IMG/VR virus record: IMGVR_UViG_2824834302_000001
DNA from: an uncultured virus (IMG/VR IMGVR_UViG_2824834302_000001)
Taxonomy: Duplodnaviria; Heunggongvirae; Uroviricota; Caudoviricetes
Direction: 5' to 3' (one strand)
Length of the DNA stretch: 20,000 nucleotides
A program made the position numbers and the translations under genes. Shown here in pieces: positions 9,276 to 16,468 of this stretch (positions within the stretch are counted from its first letter, which is position 1; each line of letters opens with the position of its first letter). Under the pieces are notes generated by a model. It was not told the DNA's origin and did no database searches. It saw nothing but the letters and a program-made list of their open reading frames with translations.

Positions 9276-9450
9276 CGGACCATAATAATTCCGTTTCATA
9301 GAGGGAGCCATCAATTATTACAGATGGCTCCAGAGGGATGCTGGTCAACATTTCGGTAACGATTGCTTTGCTTGATGCGGCAGAAATTAGCCTCAGCGGC
9401 ATTTTGCCGAGGCCCTCCGCAATGACAGTCAGTTTCTCGTCGTCGGTCAT
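9220..9450 (-). CDS. Hypothetical protein (76 aa)
   Basis: GGAG 9 nt upstream of ATG 9450; LexA-like box ~45 nt upstream. Confidence 0.35.
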   Translation of the reverse strand: MTDDEKLTVIAEGLGKMPLRLISAASSKAIVTEMLTSIPLEPSVIIDGSLYETELLWSDGTDFRYKLRPAHASAFD

Positions 9451-9491
9451 CTCTGGTGGCTCCGCGCGGACCGATTGCGGACCGCTTCGCT

Positions 9492-9506
9492 GGACATAAT
9501 TAGAAC
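9492..9506. promoter_or_regulatory. Putative alphaproteobacterial LexA (SOS) box
   Basis: GGAC-ATAATTA-GAAC, 1 mismatch to GAAC-N7-GAAC; further GAAC at 9513-9516. Confidence 0.45.
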
Positions 9507-9566
9507 AGGCGAGAACATATAGAAACCGCCGGTCCCGGATTCATTGGGCTTTCCCGAAGCATCCTC

Positions 9567-9613
9567 CGTTCGGGACGTGGGGGTCGAGTGTTCGAATCAC
9601 TCCACTCCGACCA
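9567..9613 (+). other. 3' fragment of tRNA-Pro(CGG), probable prophage att core
   Basis: CG-TT-CGG-GA-CGTGG anticodon loop and 3' stem, T-arm GAGTG-TTCGAAT-CACTC, acceptor strand CACTCCG-A-CCA; no D-arm or 5' acceptor strand upstream. Confidence 0.88.
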
Positions 9614-9618
9614 GCTAG

Positions 9619-9642
9619 AAACCCCGCTTCGGCGGGGTTTTT
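9619..9642 (+). terminator. Rho-independent terminator
   Basis: AAACCCCGC-TTCG-GCGGGGTTT followed by TT, 5 nt after CCA. Confidence 0.9.
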
Positions 9643-10003
9643 CGTTTGTACGAATCTCAGCCAAAATTCCCCCGGATTCACCGGAGCGAGTTCAACCGCC
9701 CGAAATCCCGTCCTTCTCCGGTTATAATCTGCAGGAAAGGTATAACCGAAGCGCGGCTGGCGGAAGCTCGGTGCATCGGCAACGCAAGAATCGAAGTTCG
9801 AGCCGATCCCAGGTTTTGAGCTGCGTCTCCATCCAGGTGCCCCAAGCGCAATTTGCGGACCGCACGAGCGCCGCTCTGGATTTCGGACTCATCTATGCTA
9901 GCATCGAGGTCTGCGTGACTGGCGATGAAGGTGGATACCACCGGGGAGCGTGGGAATTTGGCCGCTCGCCTGGGCATCTGGATCATTTTTGCGAAGGTGC
10001 CCC

Positions 10004-11296
10004 ATGTCGTCCCGCATCGAAAGTGAACGGCTTGCGAATTGTCTAGCCGAACTTGATCAACTCACGAATTGGGAACGCCGCCCGCGCGGCGATATGCGGG
10101 TCGATCTGGAGCCGATGCGCGATCTCGCTCACCGGCTTGGCGATCCCCAGAACAGCTTCCGTATCGTCCATGTGGCCGGCACCAAGGGCAAAGGCTCGAC
10201 TTGCGCCCTGGTCGAGGCGGGTCTTGCGCAGGCGGGCTTCTCCGTCGGGCGGTATGCCTCGCCGCATGTCATGCACATCACCGAGCGCGTCAGCATTGAT
10301 GGCCGTCCGGTCGGCGAGGAGCGCTTGGCGGACGCGCTTGGGGCAGCGCTGGCGGCATTCAAAGACGCAAGGCGAGAGGCGACAGCCGCGCAGGGAGCAA
10401 CCTGGTTCGATATCCTGACGGTTTCGGCCTTGCTGATCTTCAGCATGGAAGGCGTGGAGTGGGCCGTTCTCGAAACCGGACTTGGAGGGCGGTGGGACTC
10501 GACCAATATCGTTCAAAGCGATGTCGCCGTTATCACCAATATCGATCTCGAGCACACCGAAATCCTCGGCAAAACCCGCGCGGCCATTGCCTTCGAGAAG
10601 GCGGGAATCATAAAGCCCGGCACAACGGTCGTCACACTCCTGCCGGAGGCGGATGAGGCAGGCGCCGTCGTATCCGCCCGGGCAGCAGAACTCGGCTGTG
10701 CCGTGCGACGCCCCATCGTGCCGGCCGACGCAACGATTGAGCAGCGGAATGTTGCCGTGGCGGGAGCGGTTCTGGATGTCCTCGGAAAAATGGGCGTCAT
10801 GACAAAGGGCGCAAGCGCGATGTCGGAGCCTCTTGGAGAACAGCTCCTCGATCCCTCGACGATCGAAGCTGCCCGCCTGCCGGGACGGCTCGAAAAAATC
10901 GCCGTCGTCACCAGCCACGGCGATAAGGTCAACGTGGTGCTGGACGGCGCGCATGTTCCCTTCAACCTTGCTGCGGTTCTGAGCGACCTCTCGCAGGAAG
11001 AAAAGTACCGCGCTCCGTGCATTGCCGTCGTGTCAATTGCGGAAGACAAGGACGCGGCAGGCTTGCTATCGACGATGACGCGCCACGACATGTCGATCAT
11101 CTTCACCACCGTCGGCGCCAGATCGCGTTCGCCGGAACAGCTGAAGACGATTGCAGACAGCCTCGGGCTGCTGAGCATCGTCGTGCCGGACCCGCTCGAG
11201 GCCTATCAAGAAGCACTGGCCGGCGCCGCGGAATCGGGCGCATGGGTTCTCGTGACGGGATCGCTCTATCTCGTCGGCATTATCCGTGCGGCGTGA
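10004..11296 (+). CDS. folC: Folylpolyglutamate synthase/dihydrofolate synthase family (FolC-like Mur ligase), 430 aa
   Basis: HVAGTKGKGST P-loop, YASPH, ETGLGGRWDSTN, ITNIDLEHTEILG, EKAGIIK, LPGRLE, LDGAH, VTGSLYLVG; GAAGGT RBS before ATG 10004. Confidence 0.9.
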   Translation: MSSRIESERLANCLAELDQLTNWERRPRGDMRVDLEPMRDLAHRLGDPQNSFRIVHVAGTKGKGSTCALVEAGLAQAGFSVGRYASPHVMHITERVSIDGRPVGEERLADALGAALAAFKDARREATAAQGATWFDILTVSALLIFSMEGVEWAVLETGLGGRWDSTNIVQSDVAVITNIDLEHTEILGKTRAAIAFEKAGIIKPGTTVVTLLPEADEAGAVVSARAAELGCAVRRPIVPADATIEQRNVAVAGAVLDVLGKMGVMTKGASAMSEPLGEQLLDPSTIEAARLPGRLEKIAVVTSHGDKVNVVLDGAHVPFNLAAVLSDLSQEEKYRAPCIAVVSIAEDKDAAGLLSTMTRHDMSIIFTTVGARSRSPEQLKTIADSLGLLSIVVPDPLEAYQEALAGAAESGAWVLVTGSLYLVGIIRAA

Positions 11297-11381
11297 GGCC
11301 GAGCGGGTGTGAATGACTCCGACCGGAACGCGGTGGAGAAGAAGCCGCCGCCGCTGGAACGTGCGGCGCTATGCTGCGATC

Positions 11382-12969
11382 TCAGCCGCCGACTGTGATT
11401 TCACCATCCGCAACACGTTTGACAAATATCTTCAGACCTTCATGCCTCAGTTTCTTCCAACCGCCGTCGGAAACCATTGATTTAGCCAGATCGGCAAACC
11501 CGGTCGTGAGGTAGGGAACCTGCGATGCCGGTCGTTTGCCGAGCGCTTGAATCAAGCAGTCAGTTCTTGGTGGGGACGAGAATGAGTTTCCTGAACGTTT
11601 CATGCCGATCTCCAAATGATCTGTGCCATCTGGAAATCTGATCGTCCCATAGCCGCACTTGGCCGCGGCATTCACTTCGGCCTTGGAGAGATTGTCTTGC
11701 AGAAGAAATGACAGCTGGCTGAAAGTGTTGTCGGTGTAGTCGAACTGACCCAGTACGATGAAGTCCAGCTCGTTCTGCCCCTTCTTGGCGCCTTTGATCT
11801 TGCCATAGAAGTTGGAATTCACCTTAGTGTCCTTGCCTGTCTTCATGGCAAGCATTTCGCCCAGCTTGATATAGGTCCTCGGTTTTGACGAAACGTTTTC
11901 GGTACCAGCCGCGGCGTCGCCTGAAGGCAGACTGGCGGTCTCCGGCTTGGCATAGGCGTCAGCGAAGGCTCGCAGTGTCGTGAGATTGAGCGCTTGGGGA
12001 AGCGAACCGCTCTCGAACTTGCGGCAAGAGAGAGCGGCTTGCCGTGTTGCCTTGTCAGGCTTGCCCTCAACATTCCCTGGCTTGCAGCCCAAATGAGCCA
12101 GTTGCTGCTGCAACGTCTTGAGCAAAACTGCTTGTTCGGCGGAATAGGCGCTGACACCGCGGGTCACACTGACATTGCGGACATCGATGCCGATACCATC
12201 CGGCTGCACCACGTCAAACTGGGACGTATGATGGTCATAGTTCTTCCATTCATTGCCCCAACCCATCATCACCGGGCCGAGAATGAAGTTGAATGATTTT
12301 GGGTCGCGGTTTGATTGCGGCTCGCACTCGTTCGATTCCCAGCAATGCGGAGCCTGGTTGGTTGCTTCGCCTTCGGCGGCGTAGATCACCTTGTTGTCGC
12401 AGCTTGCCGTAACCCATCCGCTGTCATCGTTTGCCCATCGGATTTTCAGCGAGAATGTCGCCCATTTGCCGAAATCTTCCGGTTTTTGGCACTGGCGGGC
12501 GAGAAAGTTGACGCCGTTGCGCGTGTCGGCCTTCAGCATATAGATGAAATTGTGGATTGCCGGTCCTTCCCAGGACGCGAAACGCAAATGGCTGTCCCAG
12601 CCGTCGGGATAAAAGCCATTTGCGGAGTTGTTGTGCCAGCCTTTGTAGGCAAAAGTCGGATCGAGCCGGAAATCAAACTTGTATTCGACGCTTTCGCCAA
12701 CCCTCATGTCTCGCGTATAGCGAATCGTGGAGCGGACGTTGCCATTGCGGCAATCATTTTCGCCGCGTCCATCTCCATAGTCGACATTGGAACACTGACG
12801 GTCGAATATCTCAAACCGGGTCACGCCGTCCTTGACCTCCGGTCTGACCGATCCGTTGAACTTGTGGCGCTCAAAACCTTTGGGGGAGCGGATCGGCAGT
12901 CGCTGCTGCGTGGGTCGCAAAAACCATAAGCGCGCCAACCGCCAGTCCAACTATAGGATTTTTCAGCAT
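11382..12969 (-). pseudogene. Secreted protein with polysaccharide-lyase-like N-domain and PG-binding-like motif; frameshifted after signal peptide
   Basis: GGAGGAGG RBS + ATG 12969 gives signal peptide MLKNPIVGLAVGALMVFATHAAA-TADPLP then stop at 12871; removing one base from G5 at 12882-12886 joins the long frame (PKGFERHK...); RFEI...C...DC..G..RS and LQQQLAHLGCKPGNVEG..T motifs. Confidence 0.7.
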
Positions 12970-13049
12970 AGCCCCTCCTCCAAATTGGACTCCAACCATA
13001 TCACGATCTCTTTTGGAGGGTCGGGTTTAGATCAGGTTCAGATCGATGC

Positions 13050-13165
13050 GGATGCAATTAGCGACGACACCCAAGTCCAACACGGAATTCTGGACGAGCA
13101 AGTTCGAGAAGACCGTATCGCCTGATCGGCGCATCATGGCCGAGATCGAAAGGTTGGGTTGGTGG
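13050..13165 (+). pseudogene. vsr: Remnant of very-short-patch repair endonuclease (C-terminal part)
   Basis: LATTPKSNTEFWTSKFEKTVSPDRRIMAEIERLGW matches Vsr C-terminal pattern PKSN.EFW..K...N..RD......L..LGW; N-terminus and final VWEC absent. Confidence 0.75.
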
Positions 13166-13193
13166 GGATGCCACACAGGGCCGGCGGTCGAGG

Positions 13194-14159
13194 CTATGTG
13201 CTCGGAGCCCCAGCGCTCAGCAGCGCCCGTACCAATGCCGCCTGGTTGCGTACGCCGGTTTTGTCGAAGATGCGCTGTAGCTGGGTGCGCAACGTGTTGA
13301 CACTGACCCCGAGCAGATCGGCGGCGGCTGCGAGATCGTGGCCATCGACGATCAGGCGGGCAAGCCGGGTCTGCGCCGGCGAGAGGCCGAAGACCTCCCG
13401 CGCGCTCGCGATCCGGCGCACCACAGTCTCGGCGTCGTCGAAGGAGACCAGCGCCTTGCCGTCCTCGAGCAGAACCCAGCAGTGGAGCGGAATCCCGGCC
13501 GCGTCTTCGCCAAGCGCCACCGCCCAGGCCTGCTTCGGCGCGATGTTCAGCGGCCTCTGGCTCTGCAGCTCGCGGAACGCCAGGCGCACCGCCTCCCGCA
13601 GTGCTGCGTCGTGTTCGCGCTGCCGGGCACGCAGGCGGCCGGCGGCGGCGACGAGCCCGGGATGGCCGTGCATCCGCTCCCGCGCCAGCCGGTTCGTCCA
13701 GAGGATCCTGGCATCCGTGTCGACCTCGATCAGCGGGCAGTTCGCCTCCTCGACGCTGCTCTCCATCATCACCATGCAGCCGATCTTCCAGGCGCCGTCG
13801 ATCCGCTGGAGGATCCGCAGCTGGCGCTTGCGATCTTCGCCGGTGTCGCTGCCGATCTGATCGAAGGTCATCCAGGCCATGTTGCCGTCGACGACGATGT
13901 TGACCTTTTCCCAGCGGACGCGCTCCGAAAAGGCATATTTCTCCGGGAATCGCTCGACGATCTTCCTGATCCGCGCGGCGATCGGGTCCCAGCCTTCGTC
14001 CACCCGGACGCCGAGCGAGGCGAAATATTCCATCCGCCGGGTCTGCGGCGACTGCACCCAGTGGCTCGCCAGCGCCTCGAAGTCCCGCTGCAGCCAGGCC
14101 TCGGTTTCGGCGCGGATCACGGCCATGATCGCCGCCCGGTCAGCCTCGCTGTCGTCCAT
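13194..14159 (-). CDS. Transcriptional regulator: N-terminal NTF2/SnoaL-like domain + C-terminal LuxR-type HTH (321 aa)
   Basis: GGGGGA RBS before ATG 14159; AWLQRDFEAL...DGAWKI NTF2-like; FGLSPAQ..LA..G.DL..AA..LGVSVNTLRTQLQRIFDKTGVRNQAALV HTH. Confidence 0.85.
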   Translation of the reverse strand: MDDSEADRAAIMAVIRAETEAWLQRDFEALASHWVQSPQTRRMEYFASLGVRVDEGWDPIAARIRKIVERFPEKYAFSERVRWEKVNIVVDGNMAWMTFDQIGSDTGEDRKRQLRILQRIDGAWKIGCMVMMESSVEEANCPLIEVDTDARILWTNRLARERMHGHPGLVAAAGRLRARQREHDAALREAVRLAFRELQSQRPLNIAPKQAWAVALGEDAAGIPLHCWVLLEDGKALVSFDDAETVVRRIASAREVFGLSPAQTRLARLIVDGHDLAAAADLLGVSVNTLRTQLQRIFDKTGVRNQAALVRALLSAGAPST

Positions 14160-14222
14160 CGCGCGGTCCCCCACAACGGATCGCAGCATAGCATGATCGC
14201 TCTGTCGGAGCATGACGGCACC

Positions 14223-14411
14223 TCATGTGTGGATGACGCCGGCCAGCAGCAGCGTCAGGCCGGCGGTCGCGGCAGTCAGCCCGAGTAGCCGAAGCCTCAG
14301 GCACGGCAGGGTGATCTGATTTCGGTAGTATCGGTCCTCGGCCGCGGCGCCCATCGGCGTGGGCCGGCGGCGGTTTGGCATGTGCGCGGCGACGAGACTC
14401 TGAAGGTCCAT
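14223..14411 (-). CDS. Small protein with C-terminal TM (62 aa)
   Basis: GGAGG RBS, ATG 14411; EDRYY motif, hydrophobic C-terminus. Confidence 0.6.
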   Translation of the reverse strand: MDLQSLVAAHMPNRRRPTPMGAAAEDRYYRNQITLPCLRLRLLGLTAATAGLTLLLAGVIHT

Positions 14412-14535
14412 TGTGTTGCCTCCCGGTTCGGGCTTCATCTGCCGCATTCTCGCACGCATCCGAGCCAGGCCCTGTCATGCAGACGGAGGACATCGGGCTC
14501 GGCGCCCGGCTGGCGAACGAAGAATCATCTCAACC

Positions 14536-14560
14536 GGAACGAGTCCCGCTGTGATTCGTT
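14536..14560 (+). promoter_or_regulatory. EcfG/RpoE2-type general stress promoter
   Basis: Exact GGAAC-N16-CGTT, 34 nt upstream of DUF982 ATG. Confidence 0.65.
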
Positions 14561-14594
14561 GAGTCGCGTATTTCCAGCGTGAGGGGGATGCATC

Positions 14595-14834
14595 ATGAGC
14601 AGGCGACGACGGTTCAAGCCGGTGAAGATCACCATCAATGGCAAGGTGAGGACGGTCTATAATGTTGTTCAGGCCGGCAACACTTTGCTGAATGACTGGC
14701 CCGAGCAGACGCCGGCGGCGAAGGCTGCCGAACGTCTTGTGCTTGACGTGTTCAATGATGCCGCCGGGCCCGAGCAGGTGCGGCGGGCATTCATTACCGC
14801 GGCGAAGGCGAGCGACATCAAGTTCAGCTCCTGA
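14595..14834 (+). CDS. DUF982 family protein (79 aa)
   Basis: F.PV.I....RTV..V..A...LL.DWP...A......AF..AA pattern; GAGGGGG RBS. Confidence 0.8.
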   Translation: MSRRRRFKPVKITINGKVRTVYNVVQAGNTLLNDWPEQTPAAKAAERLVLDVFNDAAGPEQVRRAFITAAKASDIKFSS

Positions 14835-15085
14835 TCGGCGGTGTCGGCAAGAGCCCTGGCTAATTTCCATGACACATGCTCCTGGTATCGCAGATCCCGG
14901 GTTTTGAACTGTGTCTCCATCCAGCCGGCCGAGATGATCGCCGCGAGGAAACCGAAGGCGAGGCAGGCGATCGCCTGGGTCCGCCACGAGACGAAGCTGA
15001 GCGGCGCCGGGGTGACGGGCTTTTGCGCGCAGTCGCCGGGCGGGCAGGCGCAGCCGGAAAAGGCCTTGATCAGGCAATCGCTCAT
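14669..15085 (-). CDS. Phage early membrane protein (Cys-rich N-terminus, one TM); 3' end probably altered
   Basis: ATGA coupling at 15082-15085; CLIKAFSGCACPPGDC then TM; reads 166 nt antisense into DUF982. Confidence 0.5.
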   Translation of the reverse strand: MSDCLIKAFSGCACPPGDCAQKPVTPAPLSFVSWRTQAIACLAFGFLAAIISAGWMETQFKTRDLRYQEHVSWKLARALADTADQELNLMSLAFAAVMNARRTCSGPAASLNTSSTRRSAAFAAGVCSGQSFSKVLPA

Positions 15086-15321
15086 GATGCGCCGCCTTTC
15101 ACCGTATCGATGGCGGCGAGGATTTTCTGGTGAAGCGGGCAGCCGTGATCGTCGCTGCCGTCGAAAAAGCGTTCGGCCTCCACCAGCGCCTCCAGGAGAT
15201 CGGGCGCCCCGGCGGTGAAACGGGCCGTGGCGCCGGTCTTTTCGGTTGCTCCGGCCCGTCGGGCGGCGGGACGGGAAGGGCGCTCGGTCGATGGTTCGGA
15301 TGTGGGATTGGCGGCAGACAT
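15082..15321 (-). CDS. Phage early protein (79 aa)
   Basis: ATG 15321 after GAGGGGAACGGAG; APDLLEAL...AAI..KG motif common in small phage proteins. Confidence 0.6.
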   Translation of the reverse strand: MSAANPTSEPSTERPSRPAARRAGATEKTGATARFTAGAPDLLEALVEAERFFDGSDDHGCPLHQKILAAIDTVKGGAS

Positions 15322-15332
15322 CTCCGTTCCCC

Positions 15333-15596
15333 TCAGGCGTAAAGCTGATCGGTGTCGGTGATGCCCATGATCTCGCGGGCATAGCGGTAGTGCTCCTCGA
15401 CGCTGGCCGCAGCACCGCGCAGCCAGGACGGGCCGCGGATCGAATGTTCGGGACGGCGCAGGAAGGCAAAGCCGAGGGCGCCCATGCGCTGGGCCTCGTT
15501 GGCCATATAGGCGCGGCAGTCGCCCATCGTGCGCGCCGCATTCCAGCGGGCGTCCCGCTTGCTTTCCTCGGTCTCGATCTTGCGAATGTGCTGCAT
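15333..15596 (-). CDS. Phage early protein (87 aa), first gene of leftward operon
   Basis: GAGAGGA RBS; directly downstream of PL-like promoter. Confidence 0.65.
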   Translation of the reverse strand: MQHIRKIETEESKRDARWNAARTMGDCRAYMANEAQRMGALGFAFLRRPEHSIRGPSWLRGAAASVEEHYRYAREIMGITDTDQLYA

Positions 15597-15634
15597 CGCC
15601 TGTCCTCTCGCGCCTCTGGTCGGCTTCTGAGGTT

Positions 15635-15715
15635 AAGGTATTTATTATACCCGATCGCGTCAACGTAAAAAGGTATAAAAAATACCTCATGGATTGACGA
15701 GGTACGAATCGTAGG
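15635..15715 (-). promoter_or_regulatory. PL-like promoter with repressor operators (OL)
   Basis: Minus strand TTGACG(15663-15658)-N17-TACCTT(15640-15635); GGTA-N7-TACC at 15637-15651 and 15672-15686; weak copy 15701-15715. Confidence 0.75.
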
Positions 15716-15721
15716 CGTATG

Positions 15722-16005
15722 TCTGTCGCCAGTGATTGGGCGACCGGGTGCAACTCCCGAGCTGACGAAGCCCAGCGGCGCGGGAAGCGAAAGTCCTTAA
15801 GTGCGCTGTCAGAAAATCAGGACGAGGGCGAAGCGAATGGCCCCTCTGGCACGTGTCCCATCCCGGCTCCGGCCTTCAGGACTTGGCCAATGCTCTCCCG
15901 GCTTCATGGGCTTTGCTCATGGGGTAGGGGGAAGCTTTGGCCGGAACCCTCCCTCACCAGCCTTCAGGAACCTTCTCCTCCTAAGCTGAAGAGAGAGGAA
16001 TGAGA
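15722..16005 (+). ncRNA. Candidate structured non-coding RNA (family not recognised)
   Basis: Dense nested stems, T-loop-like GGGTGCAACTCCC, GAAA-capped stem, upstream TTGACG at 15694; no convincing ORF. Confidence 0.5.
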
Positions 16006-16049
16006 ATTGAAGTTGGAGTATGAAGCTAGGAGAAAAAAGGAGGCCGGCC

Positions 16050-16264
16050 ATGCGCAGCGACATCGAAATCACCGACGAGGTGATCGAGGCGGGCCTGGCA
16101 TCACCGAGTTCTACGATCCGTGGGAGGAAAAGCTGCCGACGGATATGTTTCCCGCCGCCATCCGGTCCATCCTGGTGGCGGTGTCGCGAGTGGTGCGCGA
16201 ACGGCATCCGGAGCTTCCGCAATTTGTGGCTTCAGAGGATGCGTCGTCCCGATATCCCTCGTGA
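16050..16264 (+). pseudogene. Small phage protein, frameshifted near 16095-16100
   Basis: AAGGAGG RBS + ATG gives MRSDIEITDEVIEAGL; protein-like continuation ITEFYDPWEEKLP...RYPS* is in another frame. Confidence 0.55.
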
Positions 16265-16300
16265 TCCCGGCTGGGGATCGGCGAGCTTCGGAGCGAAATC

Positions 16301-16405
16301 CTACAGGCCGTACATCTCCCGCGCCGCGCTGTATGCCAGGAGAAGCACCGCCGCCGTGACGATGTAGAATCAGATTCTGCCGGCGCGCGATGAAGGGCGG
16401 ATCAT
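16301..16405 (-). pseudogene. Possible small TM protein with in-frame TGA
   Basis: MIRPSSRAGRI*FYIVTAAVLLLAYSAAREMYGL*; TGA at 16372-16370 could be mutated TGG. Confidence 0.35.
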
Positions 16406-16468
16406 CCTGTTTTTTCTATTGAATTTGATTGATTCGCGGCATCGTTTCCGCGCCTTGCGCTCTCATCC

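Larger units (their letters stand above)
1..9613 (+). mobile_element. Prophage 1, right end (tail, lysis, accessory genes, att)
   Basis: Co-oriented tail and lysis genes ending at a tRNA 3' fragment. Confidence 0.88.

Noticed and set aside
9503..9516. GAAC-N6-GAAC as a canonical LexA box
   Set aside because: Spacer is 6, not 7; only the adjacent GGAC-N7-GAAC fits
9537..9613. Intact tRNA-Pro gene
   Set aside because: No D-arm or 5' acceptor strand; 5' anticodon stem mismatched
9588..10046. 152-aa ORF and antisense 9678-9986 ORF
   Set aside because: The first starts inside the tRNA fragment and crosses a terminator; neither has recognisable motifs
12865..12885. prfB-like programmed +1 frameshift as primary explanation
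   Set aside because: UUU-UGA arises trivially from GGT TTT GAG read out of frame and no properly spaced internal SD is present; an indel is more parsimonious
10043..14288. Long antisense/alternate-frame ORFs (10043-10954, 12315-12929, 13159-13860, 13338-14288)
   Set aside because: Shadows of real genes caused by high-GC codon bias
15762..15885. Hammerhead ribozyme core (CTGACGA...GAAA)
   Set aside because: Stem II does not close next to the core and no stem I partner follows a UH site; CTGAC pairs better with GTCAG at 15808-15812
15719..16003. 94-aa ORF over the structured region
   Set aside because: No RBS, non-protein-like composition; base-pairing explains the sequence better
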